Below are positions 1 through 5,764 of a DNA stretch of 25,083 nt, one piece after another. This stretch comes from a virus (taxonomy: Duplodnaviria > Caudoviricetes). The notes beneath the pieces are model-generated. The model was not told the origin of the DNA. It searched no databases and saw only the letters and a list, made by a program, of their open reading frames with translations. Position numbers and translations under genes: made by a program. The first letter of the stretch is position 1; every line of letters begins with the position of its first letter. The stretch covers positions 1-25,083 of IMG/VR virus record IMGVR_UViG_3300023184_000485. The stretch is one strand, 5' to 3'.

Positions 1-17
1 TGGCGTGTTGATTCCGG

Positions 18-47
18 TTGACTACTTCACCGAAACGGTGTTATAAT
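18..47 (+). promoter_or_regulatory. sigma70-type early promoter P1
   Basis: TTGACT (18-23), 18 nt, TATAAT (42-47) with extended -10 TG. Followed by ACACACAT and SD AAGGAG (63-68). Spacer holds a CACCG-AAA-CGGTG stem. Confidence 0.8.
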
Positions 48-74
48 ACACACATAGCAACAAAGGAGCACCAT

Positions 75-287
75 ATGGGCTACCGCGTAATGGACACTGT
101 GGATCAAATGCGTGACAAATACGGTCCCCGCAAGGGACTTGAAGGTCCGTTCAACTTCTCCGGTCGTGTTCTGTACTACGACAACAAGGAAGGCATGTAC
201 TACGATCCCACTACGGACTTCTACGTAGAGAAGAACGAGATGGACTTGATTAACACGGCGTTCATGGCCAAGTTCAACGCTATATGA
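75..287 (+). CDS. hypothetical early phage protein (70 aa)
   Basis: ATG at 75 behind SD AAGGAG and promoter P1. The track's TTG start at 18 lies in the promoter. YYDxxxGxYYDP motif typical of small phage proteins. Confidence 0.8.
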   Translation: MGYRVMDTVDQMRDKYGPRKGLEGPFNFSGRVLYYDNKEGMYYDPTTDFYVEKNEMDLINTAFMAKFNAI

Positions 288-952
288 AAGCGATCCTAAC
301 AGCAACGGTTCTAGTCTCCTTCGCAGGTTCTGCCAGTGCCATATGGACCGAGAAGCCCGGCGATGCTGGAGTTGATGTAACACATTGTACTAAACCTGGA
401 GTCAAGTTCGTCAACGAGTGCCTGGCCGCTGCCCTGAAGAAGGTTAAGGTTTCACATCCTAAAGCACAGGAGAAGAAGGTCCAACCAAAGAAGGTAGAAC
501 CCAAGCGGGCTTTTGCTATCACTGACAAGGACGTTAAGGATGGTGGACCACTGTTGGCATCCATTGACACCAAAGACATCCGATGCCTAGCATACAGCAT
601 CTTCCGTGAAGCAGGCAACCAAAAGGAAAAGGATCAATACGCTGTGGGTCAGGTGCATATGAATCGTCTTAAGGAAGGTTCATGGGGCAAGACCATGTGT
701 AAGGTTGTGTTTGCCAAAGCACAGTTCAGTTGGACCTTAGAACCTAAGATGGTTAAATGGACCAAGCGGCAGGAAGAACACTTCACGCAGGTTGCTGAAG
801 GTTTGATGGTTGATGGCTTCTATGTCAAGCGGTTGGCTTCCAACAAGATCCTACACTATCATGCTACCTATGTCAAGCCCAAGTGGGCCAAGCAAGGGAC
901 GATGGTTGCCAGTGCCGGCGATCATGTGTTCTACAAGAATGTTCCATATTAA
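284..952 (+). CDS. SleB-like cell wall hydrolase (Hydrolase_2) with N-terminal signal peptide
   Basis: Motifs CLAYSIFREA, AVGQVHMNR, CKVVFAKAQFSW, HYHATYVKPKW, GDHVFYK. Hydrophobic N-terminus ending ASA. ATGA overlap with the upstream gene. Confidence 0.88.
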   Translation: MKAILTATVLVSFAGSASAIWTEKPGDAGVDVTHCTKPGVKFVNECLAAALKKVKVSHPKAQEKKVQPKKVEPKRAFAITDKDVKDGGPLLASIDTKDIRCLAYSIFREAGNQKEKDQYAVGQVHMNRLKEGSWGKTMCKVVFAKAQFSWTLEPKMVKWTKRQEEHFTQVAEGLMVDGFYVKRLASNKILHYHATYVKPKWAKQGTMVASAGDHVFYKNVPY

Positions 953-963
953 ACAGGTTCCAT

Positions 964-1158
964 ATGATCGTCCTACAAGAGACCACCCGGTGGCCCGATG
1001 GCCAAGGTGGCAATCACATCTACATCTTCAAGGGCAAGCCCGGAGAACGAAGTGCAAGTGCCTTGGCCTATGTGCCACAAGGATCAGACCAAGTGTTCAA
1101 GTTCAAGAAGCCCTTGGTACTTGACCTAAAAGGCCGGACATTCAAACCGGTTGACTGA
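964..1158 (+). CDS. hypothetical phage protein (64 aa, MIVLQETTRW...)
   Basis: ATG at 964 just after the hydrolase stop. The track's 883 start overlaps the hydrolase and is unlikely. Confidence 0.75.
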   Translation: MIVLQETTRWPDGQGGNHIYIFKGKPGERSASALAYVPQGSDQVFKFKKPLVLDLKGRTFKPVD

Positions 1159-1179
1159 ACCCCAGAACCCTGCTATAAT
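1151..1179 (+). promoter_or_regulatory. sigma70-type early promoter P2
   Basis: TTGACT (1151-1156), 17 nt, TATAAT (1174-1179), extended -10 TG, then SD AGGAG. Confidence 0.85.
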
Positions 1180-1198
1180 ACAATTTTAGGAGCAAACG

Positions 1199-1417
1199 AT
1201 GAAACTAATTACCGGACTAACCCACAAGCAAAAGACTCTATGCGACATCATGTGGTCTCTAGAGGAATACAATGCTGTGGAAGCATTCATTGCTACCTTG
1301 CCTAAGCCAGAACGACTTGAGTGCCGCTCGTTAATACAGTTGATGATCATGGCCTTTGCCGATGAAGTCACTGAGGTCAATGAGGCAAAAGAAATGCTTG
1401 ACCAGTTCCGCATTTAG
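1199..1417 (+). CDS. hypothetical early protein (72 aa)
   Basis: ORF with SD AGGAG behind P2. Confidence 0.8.
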   Translation: MKLITGLTHKQKTLCDIMWSLEEYNAVEAFIATLPKPERLECRSLIQLMIMAFADEVTEVNEAKEMLDQFRI

Positions 1418-1426
1418 TGTTATAAT
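1398..1426 (+). promoter_or_regulatory. sigma70-type early promoter P3
   Basis: TTGACC (1398-1403), 17 nt, TATAAT (1421-1426), extended -10 TG, SD AGGAGA (1435-1440). Confidence 0.85.
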
Positions 1427-1445
1427 ACATTTTTAGGAGATAGAG

Positions 1446-1547
1446 ATGCAACTGTTAAAAGAAACACTAGACTTTGCCATTATTGTAACTGTGGGCTCGC
1501 TTTGCTTGTTGCCTGTAGGTTACGCTATCGTATACATATTTTTATAA
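1446..1547 (+). CDS. small single-pass membrane protein (33 aa), absent from ORF track
   Basis: Manual translation MQLLKETLDFAIIVTVGSLCLLPVGYAIVYIFL*. SD AGGAGA and promoter P3 directly upstream. Confidence 0.7.
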   Translation: MQLLKETLDFAIIVTVGSLCLLPVGYAIVYIFL

Positions 1548-1556
1548 GAGGTTGAT

Positions 1557-1772
1557 ATGAAAGACGTAATCCTAGCACTCACCGCAATGGTAGTCGGCAT
1601 TGCCACTCTGCTGTTCCTATCCTTTGTCCTATCCTGGCCTGTGATGATGCTGTGGAATGGTTGCTTGGTAGGTGCTGTAGACGGCGTTAAAGAAGTCACA
1701 TGGCTACAGGCTTGGGGCATCCAGTTCCTATGCGGCATCCTGTTCAAGGCCACCCTAACCAAGAAGGATTGA
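1557..1772 (+). CDS. small membrane protein (71 aa)
   Basis: SD GAGGT. Long hydrophobic N-terminal helix and a C-terminal amphipathic/hydrophobic segment. Confidence 0.8.
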   Translation: MKDVILALTAMVVGIATLLFLSFVLSWPVMMLWNGCLVGAVDGVKEVTWLQAWGIQFLCGILFKATLTKKD

Positions 1773-1773
1773 T

Positions 1774-1944
1774 ATGTTCTGGGCAATAGCACTCATCGGC
1801 ATAGGAACCACAGCACCTAGCGTGACCTATGTGGGGCAGTTTGAACAGCAGGTCATGTGCCAGGCGGCTCTTCAGGACCTACAGAAACAGCAATTCAAAG
1901 GCACCTGCGTTCAGATACAGCAGGCCCCAGCCACCAAGAAATAA
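1774..1944 (+). CDS. small exported/membrane-anchored protein with two Cys (56 aa), absent from ORF track
   Basis: Manual translation MFWAIALIGIGTTAPSVTYVGQFEQQVMCQAALQDLQKQQFKGTCVQIQQAPATKK*. SD AAGGA at 1764-1768; starts 1 nt after the upstream stop. Confidence 0.7.
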   Translation: MFWAIALIGIGTTAPSVTYVGQFEQQVMCQAALQDLQKQQFKGTCVQIQQAPATKK

Positions 1945-1957
1945 CCTTACCGCTAGC

Positions 1958-2011
1958 AGGGTTATTAACAGCACACTTGACAAGTGTGCTATTCTGCGTT
2001 ATAATACACAC
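1958..2011 (+). repeat. 54-bp promoter cassette, copy 1 (P4, palindromic -35)
   Basis: 51/54 identical to 2713-2766. TTGACA (1977-1982), 17 nt, TATAAT (2000-2005). AGCACACTTG-A-CAAGTGTGCT palindrome at 1970-1990. Confidence 0.92.
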
Positions 2012-2030
2012 ATAAACAAAAAGGAACTAT

Positions 2031-2321
2031 ATGCAGAAACTAACAGCAAAACACATTGCACAAATTAACGTGCTATTACTTAAAACAACAGAACAATATA
2101 TTAACTGTTTTGTTAACGATGAGGACATAGACGCTATGTATGCAGAGGATGTTGCATATAACGTTAACGCACTTGTACAGTTTAACACAGATAAAGATGT
2201 ACTAGCATTGCATAAAGCAATTATTATGCAAGATACATTAGTACGCGAATTTTACATTAGTGTGCTATTGTACATAGAAGATAACGCACTAATTAGTGCT
2301 AACAAATATTGCTGCAAATAA
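2031..2321 (+). CDS. hypothetical early protein (96 aa), TC/CC-free gene
   Basis: SD AAGGA behind P4. No proline; all Ser are AGY. Confidence 0.82.
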   Translation: MQKLTAKHIAQINVLLLKTTEQYINCFVNDEDIDAMYAEDVAYNVNALVQFNTDKDVLALHKAIIMQDTLVREFYISVLLYIEDNALISANKYCCK

Positions 2322-2331
2322 GGAGAACTAT

Positions 2332-2505
2332 ATGTATAATAAACGTAAATTAAGCAACGGACTAACACGTTGGGAAATGTTGTATAATATTAAAATGGAA
2401 TACGACACTAATAGTGCTTGCTACAAAATGACAGACGAGGAGCTGGTTGCTTGTTATAACGAGTTGTTTAACTTTACACAAAAAGACTTGACAACAGCAG
2501 ACTAA
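2332..2505 (+). CDS. hypothetical early protein (57 aa), TC/CC-free gene
   Basis: ATG at 2332 with SD AAGGAG (2320-2325). The track's 2296 start overlaps the upstream gene. Confidence 0.78.
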   Translation: MYNKRKLSNGLTRWEMLYNIKMEYDTNSACYKMTDEELVACYNELFNFTQKDLTTAD

Positions 2506-2516
2506 ACTGCTATAAT
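2488..2516 (+). promoter_or_regulatory. sigma70-type early promoter P5
   Basis: TTGACA (2488-2493), 17 nt, TATAAT (2511-2516), extended -10 TG, then ACACAC. Small AGCAG/CTGCT stem in the spacer. Confidence 0.88.
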
Positions 2517-2542
2517 ACACACTTAAACAAAAAGGAACACAT

Positions 2543-2713
2543 ATGAAACACTTAGTAATTGTTGCACAGTTTGCAAAAGACAGCGGAATGTCCCTAGTAC
2601 AAACTATTAACTATTTGGGGGACAATTTTGAGGAATTAGACGCGGAACTCGCAAATGCATACGAGCTTACATACGAGGAACTTATGCAATTTGTAGAGAC
2701 CCAGACAGCCTAA
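2543..2713 (+). CDS. small acidic hypothetical protein (56 aa), absent from ORF track
   Basis: Manual translation MKHLVIVAQFAKDSGMSLVQTINYLGDNFEELDAELANAYELTYEELMQFVETQTA*. SD AAGGA, promoter P5. Confidence 0.78.
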   Translation: MKHLVIVAQFAKDSGMSLVQTINYLGDNFEELDAELANAYELTYEELMQFVETQTA

Positions 2714-2766
2714 GGGTTATTACTAGCACACTTGACAAGTGTGCTAGTCTGCGTTATAATACACAC
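2713..2766 (+). repeat. 54-bp promoter cassette, copy 2 (P6, palindromic -35)
   Basis: TTGACA (2732-2737), 17 nt, TATAAT (2755-2760). Perfect 13-bp-arm palindrome ACTAGCACACTTG-A-CAAGTGTGCTAGT at 2722-2748. Confidence 0.92.
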
Positions 2767-2789
2767 TTAAACACTAAACGGAGCACAAC

Positions 2790-3185
2790 ATGCAGACAGC
2801 ACTGGCAACACAATTTACTAAAGTTAGCGACAAACTAGATTTAACACAACGGACAGTAGAAGTAGAAGACACAGAGACTGTTATAGAGACAGAGTTTTTG
2901 TGTAACATAGACGTAGAACTAGCAGGCGACAGCATATGGGACTGCACACTAGAGCGAGTGACAGTTACAGGCATTTACATACGCGAAGTATTTGAAGACG
3001 AAGATGTGTATACTAGCGTTAACGTGACATATAATGTAGACGGCGATGTAGAGTACGAGGGCAGCTGGAGACTGTACACAGACAACGGCTTTAGCGATGC
3101 GATTAGCGAGTTGCTAGGGACGGCTGTGGACTTTACAGAGCAAGGCATGCAAGACGACGGCTACGCTAGCATGGAAATGTATTAA
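2790..3185 (+). CDS. highly acidic hypothetical early protein (131 aa), TC/CC-free gene
   Basis: SD GGAG behind P6. About 30 D/E versus 6 K/R by manual count; no proline. Confidence 0.85.
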   Translation: MQTALATQFTKVSDKLDLTQRTVEVEDTETVIETEFLCNIDVELAGDSIWDCTLERVTVTGIYIREVFEDEDVYTSVNVTYNVDGDVEYEGSWRLYTDNGFSDAISELLGTAVDFTEQGMQDDGYASMEMY

Positions 3186-3189
3186 CAAC

Positions 3190-3225
3190 AAAGGGGTTGA
3201 CAACAGCCCCTTTCTTCGCTATAAT
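3190..3225 (+). promoter_or_regulatory. terminator-like hairpin fused with early promoter P7
   Basis: AAAGGGGTTG-ACAA-CAGCCCCTTT stem (3190-3213, one G-U) followed by CTT. TTGACA (3197-3202), 17 nt, TATAAT (3220-3225), then ACACACAT. Confidence 0.85.
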
Positions 3226-3257
3226 ACACACATCAACAACGCACTAAGGAGCACTAA

Positions 3258-3584
3258 ATGGAACAAGCAATCGTCAACGCCGCTGTAGCAGAAGCCCAAC
3301 AAGCCGCCGCCCAAGCCGCACAAGACTACATCACCAAACACGGCGAGGACTGGTACTGCGGCTTTGCCTGGGTTACGGTCTATGAGAAAGGCAGCACTAA
3401 ACTGGGCCGAGCATTGCTCAAGTCGGGCTTTAAGAAAGCCTACGGTGGCGGCCTGCAGATGTGGAACCCATCGGGTCACGGTACACAGAGCATGAGTGTT
3501 AAAGAAGCAGGTGCCTATGCGGCTGCAAAGATTCTAAAAGAGCGTTTGGGTGTCACAGTATACGCAGGCGGCCGGGCAGACTGA
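3258..3584 (+). CDS. hypothetical phage protein (108 aa)
   Basis: SD AAGGAG. CGFAWV...Q...KEAGAYAAA pattern seen in phage early proteins; function unknown. Confidence 0.85.
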   Translation: MEQAIVNAAVAEAQQAAAQAAQDYITKHGEDWYCGFAWVTVYEKGSTKLGRALLKSGFKKAYGGGLQMWNPSGHGTQSMSVKEAGAYAAAKILKERLGVTVYAGGRAD

Positions 3585-3587
3585 ACA

Positions 3588-3616
3588 TTGACAGGGAGGC
3601 AACTCCCTGTTATACT
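3588..3616 (+). promoter_or_regulatory. early promoter P8 whose spacer forms a GNRA hairpin
   Basis: TTGACA (3588-3593), 17 nt, TATACT (3611-3616). ACAGGGAG-GCAA-CTCCCTGT stem at 3591-3610. Late-type TTAAATA at 3624-3630. Confidence 0.85.
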
Positions 3617-3644
3617 ACAATCTTTAAATACATAAAGGAAACAC

Positions 3645-4508
3645 ATGAGAGCAGCACAGAAACCCAGCAAAGGCGTAACAGTACTAGAGTTCGATCCAGA
3701 TGCAATCAAACGTACCCAAGAGGCAGTGGCACGTGAAACAGACGAAGAGATCTACACCCGACTAGGTGAACGTTTTGAAATCCTAGATCAAATGACCAAA
3801 GCCGTTAAGGATGGTCAGATCCGTGCTATGATCGTATCCGGTCCACCCGGAGTGGGCAAATCATTTGGTGTTGAGAAGGTCTTGCTCAAATCCGAACTGT
3901 TTAACATCCTAGCAGAGAAGAAACCCAAGTTCGAAGTAGTCAAGGGTGCCATGTCATCCATTGGACTCTACAGCAAACTCTATGAGTTCAGTGCCGAAGG
4001 CAACGTTGTTGTCTTCGACGACTGCGACAGTATCCTTATGGAAGACCTAAGCCTGAACATCCTTAAGGGTGCCCTGGACAGCGGATCACGTCGCTACATC
4101 AGTTGGAACACTGACAGCCGCATCCTACGCAGTGAAGGCATTCCAGACCGCTTTGAGTTCAAAGGTGCCGCTATCTTTATCACCAACATCAAGTTTGAAC
4201 ACGTAAGATCAAAGAAACTACGCGATCACTTGGATGCATTGGAAAGCCGCTGCCACTACATTGATCTACAAATGGATACCAATCGCGAGAAGATCCTGCG
4301 TATCAAACAGGTGGTCAAACAAGGCCAGATGCTGGAACGCTATGAGTTTGATGCCTGTGTAGAGGACGAACTGATCGAGTTCGTAGAACAGAATCAAGAC
4401 CGCTTACGTGAACTGAGCCTGCGTATGGTGCTGAAGATCGCTGACTTGAAGAAGGGCTTCCCTAACAACTGGACCGCAATGGTGAAGACCACTTGTATGA
4501 AACGTTAA
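3645..4508 (+). CDS. AAA+ family ATPase
   Basis: Walker A GPPGVGKS, Walker B VVVFDDCD, sensor-1 IFITN, arginine finger ALESRC. Confidence 0.88.
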   Translation: MRAAQKPSKGVTVLEFDPDAIKRTQEAVARETDEEIYTRLGERFEILDQMTKAVKDGQIRAMIVSGPPGVGKSFGVEKVLLKSELFNILAEKKPKFEVVKGAMSSIGLYSKLYEFSAEGNVVVFDDCDSILMEDLSLNILKGALDSGSRRYISWNTDSRILRSEGIPDRFEFKGAAIFITNIKFEHVRSKKLRDHLDALESRCHYIDLQMDTNREKILRIKQVVKQGQMLERYEFDACVEDELIEFVEQNQDRLRELSLRMVLKIADLKKGFPNNWTAMVKTTCMKR

Positions 4509-4756
4509 TGAACGAAACACTACAACGAATTGCCATAGCCGTTACACTGGGCCTGGCCCTGGTGGCTATGGGTCACAGCGCAGACACCTGGGAGTTCTGG
4601 GCAGTGGCTGCTATGATGTTAGTCAGCAACTATCTACACTTTGTGGATGGTGTAGAGACTGGTGTAAGTCAGGCAGTGGAGATGTGGGTAGACATGACTG
4701 AAGAACAGCGTAAAGAGATGATTGATCTGGTAACCAAAGTAAGGGCGGAAGACTAA
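4508..4756 (+). CDS. small membrane protein (82 aa)
   Basis: TAATG coupling to the ATPase stop; two hydrophobic segments. Confidence 0.75.
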   Translation: MNETLQRIAIAVTLGLALVAMGHSADTWEFWAVAAMMLVSNYLHFVDGVETGVSQAVEMWVDMTEEQRKEMIDLVTKVRAED

Positions 4757-5031
4757 TGACTACATGCACATACATAGGTACAGGCCCACGCTGTACCTGC
4801 ACAGCCTTGGAGGGTAAGAGCTACTGTGCTGATCACTACGCTGTAGTCTACAAGGTAGGCAGCGGCAAGCAGCGTAAGAAGGACACGCTTAAGGCTGCTA
4901 GGGTACGCTTGGTCATCCAACTGTTCTACGAAGCCTGCGACCAACTGGAAGCAGAGGGGTTCGATCTCTACGGTGAAGAAATCCTACCAGATGCTGACTT
5001 TGATTCGAATTTAGAGTTAGAGGGGACCTAG
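4756..5031 (+). CDS. Cys/His zinc-binding protein, possibly GcrA C-terminal-like
   Basis: TAATG coupling. CTYIG...CTC...GKSYCADHY..VY followed by a basic helix and an acidic tail. Confidence 0.65.
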   Translation: MTTCTYIGTGPRCTCTALEGKSYCADHYAVVYKVGSGKQRKKDTLKAARVRLVIQLFYEACDQLEAEGFDLYGEEILPDADFDSNLELEGT

Positions 5032-5258
5032 ACTCATTGAGGGGAGTGAGGGGTACGGGGAGCAGCAATGATTCCTTTGCCCGCTTGCTAGCATGTCCGC
5101 ATGTAAAAAGTTTTTCACCAAAACCCACCGTTTAAAAAAGTCGAGTTAGATTAGAACGGCCTAGGGGAATTAACAAAAGAAGTGCTGTTAAATACGCAGC
5201 AAAAAATTGCCCCAGTGTAAAGATTTTCTGGGTTATAAAATTTTTACGCAGCAATTTT

Positions 5259-5498
5259 TTATCGTACTATAAAGAATCTCGGGTCTTCCCATTGTAGTAC
5301 AAATTGGGTATAATGTAGTTGGGTATCGAGTCGGACTCTAAACTCGTTATTCTCCACAGTACAATAGTGTGGTATATCATTACGTATAGACCAATCTATA
5401 AGTTTTCTACGTAGTAGGAGCAGATTCAAGCCGGTACTGGAACTGTCCGGAAAGATCAAATATTGATTATTCGTCGAGTTGTTGCATAATGTAATCAT
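5259..5498 (-). CDS. hypothetical protein
   Basis: ORF from the track. Start uncertain: ATG 5498 chosen to minimise overlap with the upstream gene. Confidence 0.55.
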   Translation of the reverse strand: MITLCNNSTNNQYLIFPDSSSTGLNLLLLRRKLIDWSIRNDIPHYCTVENNEFRVRLDTQLHYTQFVLQWEDPRFFIVR

Positions 5499-5682
5499 AA
5501 GTTTCCAATACTTCCCAAGTACCGTGAGGAGGTCCAAATATATAAGTAACCATTTCCACAGTAGAGTCGTCGCGGGTAGTAAGATTAGAATGTACAGTAA
5601 CCGGAAGGTCTTTACGTATAGCCAAAGGCATACCTCTGTTCAGTGGATTAGCGTTAGTCAGTTTTAAAAAAGTTGTAGTCAT
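5467..5682 (-). CDS. hypothetical protein (71 aa; loosely FlbD-like pattern)
   Basis: ATG preceded by late-type GTAAGTA. FLKLTN...WEVLETYDYIM pattern. Confidence 0.7.
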   Translation of the reverse strand: MTTTFLKLTNANPLNRGMPLAIRKDLPVTVHSNLTTRDDSTVEMVTYIFGPPHGTWEVLETYDYIMQQLDE

Positions 5683-5764
5683 ACAGTTACTTACTGTTCT
5701 AGGGTCGTTAAACGCTGATATTTTGAATTAAAAAGATAAGTACGTGTATTATAAGAGTAAGGTC

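Noticed and set aside
28-40. N4-type virion RNA polymerase hairpin promoter
   Set aside because: The short stem lies inside a sigma70 spacer, its sequence is not repeated at other promoters, and no such polymerase is visible.
1958-2766. 54-bp palindromic direct repeats as a CRISPR mini-array
   Set aside because: Only two copies, 755 bp apart with genes between. They contain complete promoters, and no cas genes are present.
1995-3207. AT richness or codon bias as the cause of the TC/CC absence
   Set aside because: About 175 Cs are present. The exclusion includes leaders and codon junctions, and equally AT-rich downstream genes contain many TC/CC.
1995-3207. Avoidance of palindromic restriction sites or of CmdT (GA in mRNA)
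   Set aside because: The effect is limited to one strand, and GA/GG are abundant in the mRNA sense.
27-5128. Alternative-frame and antisense ORFs in the early region (27..383, 280..618, 810..1124, 1829..2068, 3219..3479, 4913..5128 and similar)
   Set aside because: They overlap better-supported genes or promoters and lack an SD or recognisable motifs.
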